From contig OZ176054.1 of NCBI GenBank assembly GCA_964247055.1, positions 1,240,001-1,304,000 on the forward strand: a DNA stretch of 64,000 nt, given 5' to 3'. The notes beneath the pieces were generated by a model, which had not been told where the DNA came from, made no database searches, and was given only the letters and a program-made list of their open reading frames with translations. Source of the stretch: Paragordius varius. Lineage: Eukaryota > Animalia > Nematomorpha. The position numbers were made by a program, and so were the translations under genes. Positions 39,105 to 55,465 of the stretch are shown here, piece after piece (within the stretch, counting starts at the first letter, position 1; each line of letters opens with the position of its first letter).

Positions 39105-41958
39105 ACGGATTTGGGTTTCAATCAACAACAAGTCGCAGGTATCTTATTTTATACGCTTATAAATTAGCTTTATTGAATATATATATGAATGTACTCTCAA
39201 TATGATAAGCATAAATAATGGGGTTTTATTATATATCTATGAAGTGATTTTTGTAAAAAATCACCGTTTATATTGTTGAAAAATGATTTCAAAGTTTACG
39301 TTTTAATCATATCCTCTAAATTTATATAGGAAAAGAATACAATATAAGTTTTATAAAATCCTAGACCCTAAAATTAGTAAAAAATAATTGAAGGTATTTT
39401 GATAAAATCTGATTAAACAATATTAGTTATAAAAAAGTAACTTTTTTAATGTTTTGTAAGCTAAGGAGTCTAAAATTTAGATGGCACTCAAATCCATATA
39501 AATCAAACAGTTGATTTTCTGTATCAAACATTTAAAATTATTAACTTTAATATCGGTTTTTTAAAAGATTAAAACGGCAAAGATATTTAATTTTTTTATA
39601 TTTTTACATTTCTAAAATACTTTTCATAACACCAGACAACAAATTTTGACTTTTTTAAACTGCCATTCTTGTAAATTGATAATATACATTGAACATAAGT
39701 ATATATCTAACAAAAATTCTTCAACACTTAAGAATTTTTTATTATTAGGGTTTATCAATAATTTTTGGCCCCATATAACATTAAACTCTAAATTTTCAAA
39801 ATTTTAAATATAAAGCCATGTATATATATTCAGAAGAGCGCGAAAACTCTATCTTTCGGATGGTAGTTAGTCATTAAAATCAATCTGATTTAAAAGTTAT
39901 TTGAGTTTATATGGTCAAAATTTTCCACATATACACTAATTTATAATCATAAATTATTTTAACTAATTATTAGGGTTACATTAGTGATTTAAAAAAATTG
40001 AAAAAGCTTTTGGTTTGCTTTTTAATAAAAATTGTTAGTACCAAAATCATTTTTAGGGGCGACTAAAATGCATAGTTATAACTGTAAATTTCTCTAATTT
40101 TAAAGATAAAAAATACCTTATACTTTATTCTTGCCTCCTAAAGAAAATAAATTAATATTGATGATATGGTTATTTTCAAAAAACAAAAAACTTAAAAATG
40201 TCTGTTTTAAAATGATATAAAAGCATTAAATAAGTTTTTAAATCAAAATAACTATCTTATATTATCTTTTTTGGACAATCATTTCTAGATGATGTTTGAA
40301 CTATTTTCATCAATTAGTCTTATATAATATATTTTTGTTGTCTAGTGTAATATTTACAAAAGGTTGCAGTATGATTTTTATAATAATTTAAAATAGTGTA
40401 ATTATTTTTATCCTGCATAATTATTTAATATTTATTTAAAGAGCTCTGAAATAAGAAAACCACATAAAAAGGTATAAAGAGTTATGTTTTGAAACCTGGA
40501 ATTTGGTTAAATTGAATGATAAAGATTTATCATTCAATAGGATATTTATTTCTTTAAGACAGGTGAAAAAAGTAGTTTTTTTAAATCAAAATGAGAAAAT
40601 GTTTAATAATAAGTATTTAATTCCGCCAATATAATATAATATAAAATAATATAGTATGTAGCCACAACATTATGTTGCCGCATGTAAGCTTAATATAGAC
40701 TTGTAATTTTAATGAAAAAAATGATAATTTTTTTAAAATTTTTTATTATCAAATTTTCTTGATAATTTTTATTTTTCAATTTCCTCAACCAATTAAATAT
40801 ATTTAGAGTATCGTAAGGCTTTTAGCCAATTCGACAAAGACAATAAAGGCGAAATAGCTACCAGCAATCTCGCCATGGCTCTCAAAGTCCTCGGTCAATC
40901 CTTTGCTCCTTCCGATTTGAGAGAGATGATAAGAGATTTTGATCCAGGAAGTAATTTATAATGCTAGTTATTTAGTAATAAAATAATTAAGCCGAATACT
41001 TAATAGAAATCAAAAACGCTATAAAATAATTTCAAATTTTGTATTTTAGCTTTATATTTACTTTATACTTATATTGTGCGATATACCCCTCAAGTTTTAT
41101 TTTAAACTGCCAAAACATATCATTCCCAACCCATTTTAATCTATCGCGTCAAGCTAAACGTTTTTTCAAATGATAATTTAGATTTTTTATAAATTAATGT
41201 TTAGTTTAATAGGTATAATCATTTTCATTTCATTTTATAAATATTCGTAAATTTAAACTTTGTATGAAGGCAGTGGCAAATTGGATTTTGACGATTTTTG
41301 TATGATCATTGCAAAATACGTCTTGGATCAAGACACGGGAGCCGAGGATGAATTGAGAGAAGCTTTCAGATTATACGACAAAGGTAAAAGATTTCTATAT
41401 CTTTCAATTTTATTCTTTTAGAGTAAAAATTGAGCTTAAAATTTGTATCACAGTATACATGGCTAATTTTTCATAAAAATATTAGATAGCATATTCAGAA
41501 AAGCGCAATGGCTAATAAAAATAATAAGTGAAAAATAACTTTAAGACAATAGCTATCGGCGTAATTAATTAAAAACTTGTACATCCTTATTTATTACTGT
41601 AATACACTATAGATATATAATTATTGGATAATTAATTGGTGTAAAAAGGAAAAAAATTTTTGTATGTAAGTAGTAAAAAATTTTTCAAAAAAATTGATCC
41701 TTGCCTACCTACTAACAGAGTTTTCTTTCCGCATTATTTCAAATTGGCTTAAACTCCAAATTTATAACTTAATTTGATATTATAGGTGGCAATGGTTATA
41801 TTAAAGTAAGCGACCTTAGAGATCTCCTCCGTGCCATTGATGAATCCATTAGCGAACAAGAACTTGATCAGATGATCAAAGAAATCGATTCTGATAACAG
41901 TGGAACAGTCGACTTTGACGAATTCATGGAGATGATGGGAGTCAAAAAGAAAAATTAG
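39105..41958 (+). CDS. Troponin C (invertebrate type, four EF-hands); initiator ATG exon upstream and not fixed
   Basis: Exons 39105-39138, 40807-40950, 41270-41383 and 41786-41958 give [23 protein letters not shown]...[65 protein letters not shown], closely matching the C-lobe of nematode/arthropod troponin C. Candidate ATG|gt first exons at 37760-37762 or 38000-38002. Confidence 0.85.
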
Positions 41959-43145
41959 ATTTAAGTTTCCGTTTAATTTACATTTTTTCATTTAAAGATT
42001 GTGGCTAACTAAAAGCACAATATCTCATATTTTAATAACAAAATATTTTTTATAATTATATTTTAGCACTTTTGTTGCAGACTTATTACCTGTGTATTGT
42101 GATGATGTATTTGGCTTATTTTACTTTATTTTATATTTGGTTCATTTAATTAGCTGCGAAATGGAATATTAGAGCGCAATCATAATTATTATACATTGTC
42201 ATGCTAATTTCAATTATAAATAAAACTAAAATATTAATTATAAACAACGGAATATATGGTGAATACCATATAAGCGAAAAAACATGCAAACAGTTGATGT
42301 TAATAATGATACTATATCATATGGGCCTAAAATATTTTTCTGATTTCATATTTATTATTGTAAAATATTTGCCTGAATCTTAAAAATGAAATTTTGTTTT
42401 TTAGGTTTCTGCTTTTTTTCAAATTGCCCATTTTCGAATATCAAATTGTACATTTGATTTTTGAAAATATTTATATCCTAAATCTTTGATATATACTATT
42501 TTCGATGGTAAATGTGATAAATATCCATGGAAAAATATTCCAATATAGAATCGTAATTTTTGTCGCTTATTAAAGGTTTGAGTAAAGCAGCTAATTTAAC
42601 TCTTTCATCTTAAAATATTGTATCTTATGATTGAAATTTAATTTTTAGGTTTTATTATGCGTGTGTTTTGATATATCTTTTCTTAAAAAGTTGGTTATAT
42701 ATTAATATGCTCTTCTTAAAATTTTGGAGATTATACAGAAGGCTTTTAATTTTTTAATATTAATAAAATTATAAACTGCTGAAGGGGTTTTACATTAGAC
42801 GGGTGAGGTCACGAATATTGAATTTTTAAAAATATGAGATTATTTTTAACTAATATGTTATAAATATATTTTATTGAAATGGAAAATTTATATGGGTGCA
42901 ATTTAATAGGTAAATATAGATAGTTTTTAAAGGGACAATGAGTATATGGGTGTAAAGATCGTAGAAAATGGAATATATGCCTATTGTAAGGTGAATTTTG
43001 AAAATATACATTTTTATACAATCATAATATAATATTGATAATATTAAGCAAAATATTAAACTAAAAATATATTGAGATGCAATAAATAGTTTTGTTTTGT
43101 AACACGAATTAAGTGTTTGTTCGTTTTAAGAAATGCGGTTTATTT

Positions 43146-46100
43146 TCATAAATCTGTTGCCAATTTTTTGTTAGAATCAGATTCTAGATCTTGAGAATCA
43201 CTTTGGTCATCATCCTCCATTTGACTGCTGTGACAAAAGGGAACATCCTTTTTGTCTAAACCACTCTGGATTAAAATTTATAAAATTTGCTTGATATAAT
43301 ATGATTTCATAGATTGGCGGTTTAACTTATCAAAATTTTATAGAAAATACGTTAAAATATGTAGAAATAATATCATTATTTAGGAAAATAATAATCTATT
43401 AGGTTTTTATTTGATATATATAAGGTAAAAAAAGTTAAAAAAACGAGGTATCCTATTTTTAGTTAATTCCTAAGTTTTTTTTACCTTTATATCATCATGC
43501 ATTATTTTTTTGCCATTTACCGAATATGCTAACACTATAAAAAAGGTAAATTATAAATAAAATGAATTCTGATTTATATCATATTTTCTTAATACACTAT
43601 ATTAAATTTAAAGTATTTTGAACAAAAAAAAAACTAAAATTAAAATAGAAACTGTAAAATTTGAGTAAGAATCCGCTAAAGCCGTATCATTTTCTCCAGT
43701 CTGATCATTATTATTATTGCTGCTGCTATGTATGGAATATGTATCTTTTGAACTATTTACTTTTTTATTGGGATTAATATCACTTTTATCAGCGTTATGA
43801 AGGTTTGACATGGTCGAAGTTTTAATGTTAAGGGGTTTGGAGTTAAACATTTGATTTTTTTCATATTGTACAGGTATATCTTTGATATTTTTGGGATTAT
43901 CATTATGTATAATATTGTTCATGGTACTAGTTTTAGACATTTTATGATGCGTATCAAAAAAATGTTCATTGTCGTTTTTATTGTAGCTTTTGGTTTCGAA
44001 ATGGGTTTTTGATGATGTTTGGCATTCAACAGGAATTTCACGGTTTATTTCGGCCCCTTCTAAACCTCCCTTAAAACGTTTCCGTGGTGATTCTACCAAT
44101 TTATTTGCCAAAGTGTCTTTTCTAATAATCGCAAAAATATGAATAAATAAAATACAAAATTATTTTTAAATATATGTCAGTTATAATGACAAAACAAAGA
44201 GTTATACAAGACTACATTTTTAATTTTTTGATATTAAAATGGAGATATATCTATAACCAAAAGTCTAACTTCACAACCCAAAAGCACAGGTTATAATTAA
44301 AAAATTAAGGATAAAACTATTAGATTACTTATTTTTTGTCATCTAAAAATTTAAAATTTTTTATGTATTTTATTAAAAATGAAAATAATAAAACTACTTT
44401 TGATGCATATTTGATTGGCTAATATCATTCTCATCAAATGCTTCCAATCGCCTAACAATTTTGGTTGAAGAACTAATCAAGTTTCCAGGAACCTTTTCTG
44501 CAATTTTTTCCGCCGCATGTTTTTGGGGATTGTTTTGTCGGTGGTTACTGATAACTTTAATCGGTACTTTTTTCTATTTAAAATAAATTAAACCATTATA
44601 AATAGTAATAGTTTGAGGCAAACAAAGTAAAAATCGGTTTAAAAGTTTTAATAGGCATATTTTGTTTGGTATTCTATATATTTATTCAGGAGGGATATTA
44701 GTATTATTTTAGGAGAACATAATTGTTTATAAAACTAAATTTATCCCATTTCTCATTTTTTCTGACAAAAACTATATCGCTAAAAAGATCTTCTTTGTGA
44801 TTCAAATATTTGATTATTTTGTAAAAAGGCTCTATTAAATTAATAAAAACATTGAAAACCAAAGAAAAAGTAATATATCTAAATGATTTAAAAATAGTTA
44901 TAAAAAAATATGACATTAGAATTTAAACAATCGACACCAAAAATAGACAAAGCTAAGAAAAGTATGGATAAATAAGGTCATACAAAAAATTGACAGAAAA
45001 TTAATTAGTGTTATTCAACATTACTATATTAGTATATAACAATGTTAATTGTTAATTTTAGTAATAACACTACACACCATTGTTAGATAAATATTTATTT
45101 CAATATATTGGTTTTAAACACTTTTAATCCAAAACCAAACAAGGTATAAATTTATTTCTTCCCCGCAAAAATAAACCTGAGAATGGTGTTTTGAAGTGAA
45201 ATTAGTTGGTGTTGGTGTATATCCACTATCAGGATCCTCGTCTCTATTCAAGAAGTTATTGGAAAGAGACGAGGAAGACCGTTTATTCTGAGAGATAATA
45301 ATACGATTTTGTGCCTCTTGACTCGACATGGGTCCGTAAACTTTTGTGTTGGTAAAAGTCAATTGACGAACAGTTATTTCTTTTTGTAATTTTGCATTCA
45401 CATTTTCCTGATTTTTACTAGTAGTATTTCTTTCGTGTAAAATCTTTTGTTCATCTCCGCAATTATTATCCAATTGAAAGGTTGGTGTAGCTGCGTTGTT
45501 TCTTTTGTTAGTGGCTTTTTTAGCAGATGACAAGGGTGTTTTCAAAATGCTATTTAAAACAATCGGACTTTTTCCACCACCAAGGAAATGATGTGGCTTA
45601 GGAGGGGCCGAGACAGTATAACCTTCATAGACATGTTTTTGTGGAACTAGCTTTTTGGGTAACAATTTAGGTGTCCCCAACAATGTGGATGTCGTAGTGT
45701 TAAAATTTCGTGAAATATTTTTGCTTTTGGCCCTCCCTCCAGAATTGAGAGATTCATAAATGTTTCCACCTAAACCAGCTGCTGCTGCTTGCTAAGTACA
45801 TTAGTTAAAAAATATTAGATTTAATGAGTGAGTAATCTGGGTTAGTTACAGTTAATAATTAGTTAGTAAGTCTTTGTGTTAACTCCTTGAAAAATAAATC
45901 CCTTGCTACAAAGGTTTGTTTTTATCACAATGCTCACTATTAGAGATAAAAATTTAAAAAACATTTTTTGGCTCAAATAGTATTAAATAATAATAAGCCA
46001 TATAATCTGATTTTACCGTCTAGATATGAAAACATATAAGAATACAATTTTGAAGCAAAATAGCCCCCAAATAAACCGAAATTAGCATAAAGTTAGTGTT

Positions 46101-46627
46101 AAAATTTACCCTAAGTATTCGAGAAGAACGTTTTTTGTATTTGTTAATGACTTGTCGATTCTGTAAATTCTTGAGACTGCTATGTTGAAATTTTGCACCT
46201 GTTGGCAATGGTACAATCCCACCAAGGTTTATTGCTCCTCTTGTGTTGTTGTTACGAATGGTTTCATTGCAAGGCTTTCTATTTCTATTTGTAATACTCC
46301 CTGTCGGACTGTCGAGTTGCGTTGAAGTTAGCTAATATATATAAAAATTCCCAATTATTGATAAAATTAAATAAAAAAAAACCAAAAAAGGACTGCTAAA
46401 ATAAAGTTATATGTGAAACCCTTCAATAATAAACACCAAAAGAGTATGGGTCTTGTAGCATTGACAATACTACACAATTGTACTTAAGGTTTTTACTTAA
46501 AAATTAAGCTTTTGCATTTTTTGGCATCGTTGATTAATACGAAACACAACAAAACATTTTCCAATTATTATGCAAGTTTTAACATAAACTTACAATGTAA
46601 CCACTAAAAACAAACTACCATATTCAC

Positions 46628-46664
<37 letters not shown>

Positions 46665-49600
46665 TTAAATCGACTCAAATTTTGGTGGGAAAGTGCTCCA
46701 GTCATATTGGAATTACTAACATTATTTTGATTTGTGAGATTGTACAAATTAGCCAAGCTTCCGTAATAAGAATTGGTAGCCATCATATTATTAGCAGTAA
46801 GGGGATTTCGACTTTTAGAAGCTGAATGCAAGAGAATAGATGAGGGACCAGGGGTCAGAGGTTTAGTTCCATAAGTCATTTCTAATTTCGTTGTTTCTTT
46901 CCGTACTTTATTCTATGACAAAGTTTAGTTTTGTGATATGTTAAATAAATTGATCATTTTTGAAGCTTTAATTTAGAAAATAAAGTAACATAATTGCACA
47001 TAATATGAAAAACTAAATGCATTAAATGTCTGAATAATATCAAAATTTTTAGCTAAGGTAAAATTTTTACAAAAAATTGTATAATTATATTATAAATAAA
47101 ATTCGTAACTAATTAATATCATAAAAAATAAACTTTCAAACAAAACTGTACAATACCCTATTTTCTTTTTCAATTTCCTTGTTGTAATGATAATTGGCCC
47201 ATTGTTCTTGAATAAATGCGTGGAAAGAGCCAGAATGATATATAAAAGGTATGTTATGCCTAGATTCCCAATCACTTATAGCCATATTTATTTGATGCTC
47301 CAACTGTTTATACAGTAAAAATTCTTTTTAGACCAATATAGAGTAAGTTTAATGAAATATAGGCAAATGAAAGTAATTTATTACAAAGCTTAGATTTAAC
47401 AAGTTAATATACTTTGCTCTTAAATTTATTTAAAACTGCCAAGTAAATTGAGTAAGCTCCACGGGTATCAAACCCAATTACAAGGCCAAGGGTCTAAAAA
47501 TATGAGTAACTTTTCGGTTTAATTAAGACTTGTTTTAATTTTAATTTAACATATTTTAAATCCTTTTTAAGCAAAGTATTATGGTAAAAAATAACTTATT
47601 ATATACCTTGGGAAGTTTAATAGCTACGCGTTTTCTCTCCTTTTCTTCGAGTAATAAATTACCTCCCCGATTTTTGAAACGATTCACATCCTTGGCTTGA
47701 TGCTAAAATTAAATTATTTCATATGAATATTTTGTTTAAGGACAAAAAAATAAATAAATTACCTCTAAATGTATCATTTTATCCCAAAGAGCATTGCGTT
47801 CCTCAATCATATTTCTCAGTGATTCAGTTTGAACCAAATAACATTTCCATTTTTGGATTTCTTTTTCGTGATCATCAATCAATTCTTCCGTAAAGTCGGC
47901 TAAAGTAATAAATTATTTTTATAAATTATTTGCTATAACTTTGATGAAATAGTTTATTATGTAATCTAAATACAAATGTGAAGACATGGTGTAAGGAGAA
48001 TTAAAATAAATTATATTGGTAGGTTATTATAAAGAGAAAATCGTTCAATTGCATATAATAATGCGAAAATTTTTTATGGTTAAACAAAACGATTAGCGCA
48101 CGAAATTTAAAAACAATTTTGAATCCATGAGATTATTTATAAATGGAAAAGCGGATGCTAAATTTATTCGACCCCAATAAGTCAATTTCGAAATTTGCAT
48201 CAACTGTACCAAATCGAACCTTTAAATATTATGATTAAATAAAATAGGTTTAGATATTTCGGACACATCAAACGTGCTTCAGAACAATGGAAAAATAAAA
48301 TTTTATCCCTACATCCCGAAGGTAACAATCGCAGGGGCAGACCAACATTTAACTGGAAAAAAAACAATAAATAATGATTTAAGTATTGTCAACAGTGATG
48401 ATAATGCCTGGCAGGATCGCAAATAATACAGACAGCTTCTATACGGATATAATGGCTAGCCATTTACAATGGTTTATAGATCTGTGCTTTAAAAGAATGC
48501 AATTATAATTGGAGTTAAAGAACATATTTAAGAAACTTATTGCAATTTACCTTAAAATTACTTTTTTATATTATCTCCAAAAAGATTAAAACAAGAACCC
48601 CAAATCAAAAATTCTAAAACTTAAAAAACAAAACATATTATCAAAACTAACTTGAATAGAGTTGTGGGAAGGCAGATTTGGCTTCCTCGTGCACATAACA
48701 TTGTTCCCAAAGTTCACGAATTTCCCAACGCAATTTCTCCAAATATTTTTCCATATTGGCTGTCAGCACTGAACGACAATCAACGTACTCAGATTCAATC
48801 TGTTACACATTCCAAAATAAGAGAAAAAATTATCCCTAGAAATTAAAATTTAGGCATCTATAAAAGTTATCGATGATATATGGGGTCAAATTTCAAAATA
48901 TACTTTCCAGCCTTTCAAGGATTGATTGAAAATGTAAAGTTAAAAGAAATTTAAAATTTATTCGAAACATAAAGCACTTTATAATATTTTTCTCTAAAGC
49001 AATCTAAATTTAACATATTTAAAAATATTGATATTACGGGGTCAATTTAAAACAATACTATGCTTTGTACGGCATTTTAGGTGGCTTTAAACTGAAAATT
49101 TTTAAAAAAGATGCATTTATTCGCATAACAGTGCAGCGCTGTTTATAATTAGATTTAGGATGTATTATTTTTAGAAGATACGAAGCTTGAAAAATATTTT
49201 TTTATAAAGTGTACTCAAAGTTGAATAATTATTATATAATAAAATTTTGTAAATATAATTTACTAATTTATAGCTTAAAACAAAAAACCTAAAATGATTT
49301 TTACATTATATATTTTGTTTATTGATATTATTCATATAAAGATAAAATTTACCGCTTGATATGTTGAATGTTTGAGATCCCGATGAGCGGATAAAAATTT
49401 ATTTTGATATTCGACCGGTTTTTCTAGCCGTTTCCAAACTTCCTTCAATTTTTCCACCAATCCGTTTATTTTGGTTTCGCGTTCAATTCTTTGGAATTTT
49501 AACTAAAATAAATCAAATAATTTCGCATTTAAATTCAATATTATAAATTTTTAAAAAAACGCAAACATTTTCATAAAGTTCTTCCAAATCTTTAAGATGA

Positions 49601-50322
49601 ATATCAGTGATTGCAACGTTATTGTGGTCATTGGATGATAATTTCAATTTTTTTTCCAATTCAGATTGGGGTGTATACTCAATGATTTCATATAAATGTA
49701 AAATTTGTTTCCGAAGTGAATTAAACCGTGATATACGTTTTTTCTAAAAAACAAATAGCTAAATTTTAAAACTTTCTCTTCTTCAAGGGAATTAATATAT
49801 GTTCTATAGTTTTCTAAAACTTCGGAGGTAGGCAATTCTTCACGGTCAATTTTATACCGTTTGAATTCCATTTGTTTGCATAATGTGGATTCTTGCTTTT
49901 GCAAAGCAATAAAGTCTTCCATTCTATTATCCCGTTCGATTGCTAATTTTTCTTTCTTGCATTTAAGTGCATTAAAAGCTTTGAGTAAATTTGAATGGAT
50001 ATCAATCTATAAAAATGAAATTGCTATTAGTATTAACCTCCAAGGGTTCACATCCAAGTATGTTGGATAGTTTAGTTATTTCTTGGTGCCATTCTAGACA
50101 AATTTTTTTGTATTCCTCTTTCAATTGCTGTTCTTCATTTATCATGCGATCCAAAACATTCTTACAGTGATCAAAAGCTTGTAAGCACCGATCATCAAAA
50201 GACTGGCCTTCAAAACCAATTTCTCTCCAAATATCGAATAACATATTCATATTTGTTTTTACATATTCGCATAACTGATCTATACTTTTTCTAATTTTTA
50301 GAAATAAAAGATACTTTGACAT
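43146..50322 (-). CDS. PRC1: Protein regulator of cytokinesis 1 (MAP65/ASE1 family)
   Basis: N-terminal MLFDIWREIGF..LDRMINEEQQLKE; LRWEIRELWEQCY (exon about 48652-48800); DFTEELIDDHEKEI; signature DVNRFKNRGGNLLLEEKER..KLPKLEHQI..WESRH; Ser/Thr/Pro-rich tail; TGA at 43148-43146. Confidence 0.9.
48204..48450 (+). mobile_element. 5'-truncated, decayed RTE-clade LINE 3' fragment in a PRC1 intron (antisense)
   Basis: Translates as LYQIEPLNIMIK*NRFRYFGHIKR..HPEGNNRRGRPTFNW / KKTINNDL..AWQDRK*YRQ, resembling the R.RWFGHV.R..G.R.RGRP..W.D..D..DR..WR C-terminus of RTE reverse transcriptases, with stops and a frameshift. Confidence 0.65.
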
Positions 50323-50510
50323 GAGTAGTTGGACGGTTCAAATTTCAAATAATCGCCAAAATGTTATTGGACGAATGAAAAGCTGTTTAAAAAAATTTTT
50401 ATACTTTATATTCTAGGTTAATTATATTATTTTTATTAAAATATATATATTTTTTTGTATTTTTCGTATCATGTGTTTTATTTAAGAGCTCAGATTTTAA
50501 AGTTTAAGCG
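50323..50510. promoter_or_regulatory. Putative bidirectional promoter region, PRC1/ARF6 (188 bp between ATGs)
   Basis: Divergent start codons at 50322 (-) and 50511 (+). Promoter function is inferred from the geometry only. Confidence 0.7.
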
Positions 50511-52816
<2,306 letters not shown>

Positions 52817-53092
52817 CTCCCCTCCTCTATAAATGAACATTCTCATCTTGCCTAAAATGTGATAAAACAAGAAATACAATTATGTGGTAAATATTTCTTA
52901 AAAGATCCGTATTTTTGTCCTACACAATCTCACCTAATATATAAATGGATTATTTATAAACTTTCCAAATTCAATCCAATGTTTGTTTGATAAATATCCG
53001 GTTTCTTATACACTTTTTTGTAATATAATGTTAACAAAAAACTAAAAATCTATCATATACATGATACCAAATAATTCCACTTAATTTATAGA

Positions 53093-53148
<56 letters not shown>

Positions 53149-54216
53149 CTATTTATTTTATATCAAATACACACTGCATTTAAAAGTACATATCACTCAC
53201 TCGCCCACATAACAATTTATCGTTGTAAAATATTCTCACTTAAGGATTGACTTTATTGGATCAGAACTTTGTCTTTATTGTTAAACTGTATAGAGAATGT
53301 TCATTAATACACACTGCATTCATAATCTATATATTTTAAGGTAAAATATCAAAAATCTTCCACCATTTATAATTAATAAACACGGCGCCCATAATATACA
53401 ATTGCAAAAATTATTAGTATGATACATGTAAAATATATTTTATCTATATTGCAATAAATAAAGTTTTTAACCTAGCGAAATAGATATGCAGACAAATCAC
53501 CTGTCAAAAAAGAAATTAAGAGTCGCTGGGTTATAAACTAAATCTTAATAGAGATTAAAGTCAATAAGGGAATTATATTTGGAATTTACAATCTCTTTTA
53601 ATAGTTGTTAAATAATCATAGTTTACAAATAAACTATATTTCTAGACATTTTAATAGACAATTTGGTTTATATTGATATCTGCCTTATCGAATTTGATTT
53701 TATAGTTTTCCAATAATTTAAGGTCTTTTTATGTTTTCCACAGTACTATAAATTTTATAAAGTTGTGGTAAAATAGTTTTTTTATTATAATAGTATGACA
53801 AAATATTATTTTAATTATAGTTAAATCTAACTTGATTTCAAAAATATTTGCTAAATCTTACATATTTTGTATATATTGTTTGGGTATGTCCTTTAAGTCA
53901 TAATTTATCTGTATAAACAGACTAACGATTATGTCGGTTTAAGGATCCTAACTTTTGCTGATAAGCTTCTAGTAAAATTGAAATTGAGTCTATAGTTCTA
54001 TTATATATTAATGATAATAAATGGGCCTGTAGTTTTTTAAAAACTTGTTTAAAACTTATAAAATATTTTTTAATAAAGGCCTAGGCGATAAATGGTTATT
54101 TAATACATGGCGAAATTCTTCTCCCATATATTAAGGAATAAAAAAATACTTTGATTTTGAATAAACTTATACACTTTCCTAATCCACATTATACATTTTT
54201 TAATTGTATATATATA

Positions 54217-55465
54217 CTAGCGTGAATCTCGTGCTGCTACGCAGCCCGAGGAAGTCCTTCGCACTTTTGGGGGGGGGGGGGGGGGGTTCGAAGTTTGGAT
54301 TTTAATGGGTCTACCGGTTTTCCTGTACCAGATCACAAAGCCAGCATTTTCCATTTTTATAAATATATAGATTACCATAAATAATGTTTTAATATCCATA
54401 TATCTTTTAACATGCTATACATATGATAGATACTCCTTACTCAGCAGCTATCATCAAAGAAACGCCTGACTAAAATTTTTGCCTTTTAACAGGCATTACG
54501 AAAAATCCTTCTCGAATTTTTACAGTCTCATACCTTGGGCAAAAAAATACAATCAAAAAAATATTTTTGTGGACTTTGTTTTTTTTTGAAAAAAATGGCA
54601 TTTTACGGGGGGAGCGGGTAAAAAGAGGGCCTAAATCAAAAAAGTGGCTCGGCTATGTTCAGCGCAATCGAAAATAAGTAAACAAAAATCATATTTAAAA
54701 TTGAATGGTCCAACACGTTCTCTGGAAAATTGTCTCAAAGACACGATTTTTGTGGACTTCTGTTTTCAAAAAAACCCGTTTTTCATACGGGGTGGGCCCG
54801 AACTGGGGGCCTATTTCAAAAAAGGGCGAAGCTATTGTCGGGACATTTATTAATGATTGTATTTTTTCGATATTTGGATTTGATTGGGTCTACCGGTTTT
54901 CCGGAAACAGATCACAAAGTTATATGAAAAATCAGTTTTTAGCGGGCAGCTCCTTACCCAGCAGCTATCATCAAATAAACGGTAGACTAAAATTTTTGCC
55001 TTTTAACAGGGAATACGTGGAATCTTTATTGAATTTTTACGGTCCCATACCTAGGGCGAAAAATCGATTTAAAAAATTATTTTTGTGGACTTTGTTTTTT
55101 GAAAAAGGTGGCATTTCACGGGGGGAGCGGGTAAAAAGAGGGCCTAAATCAAAAAAGTGGCTCGGCTATGTTCAGCGCAATCGAAAATAAGTAAACAAAA
55201 ATCATATTTAAAATTGAATGGCCCAACACGTTCTCCGGAAAATTGTCTCAAAGACACGATTTTTGTGGACTTCTGTTTTTTAAAAAAAACCGTTTTTCAT
55301 ACGGGGTGGGCCCGAACTGGGGGCCTATTTCAAAAAAAGGGCGAAGCTATTGTCGGGGCATTCATTAATGATTATATTTTTTCGATATTTGGATTTGATT
55401 GGGTCTACCGGTTTTCCTGTACCAGATCACAAAGCCAGCATTTTCCATTTTTATAAATATATATA
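54217..55465 (-). mobile_element. Second copy of the composite Helitron (two satellite units)
   Basis: 3' CTAG at 54220-54217 with the identical terminal hairpin. Internal TCtatatatttat terminus at 54371. Two units 515 bp apart (54824 and 55339). The outer 5' end merges into (TA)n at about 55465-55480. Confidence 0.88.

Noticed and set aside
48652-48846. Plus-strand 64-aa ORF as a nested gene
   Set aside because: It is the antisense shadow of a PRC1 exon (IESEYVDC..LRWEIRELWEQCY).
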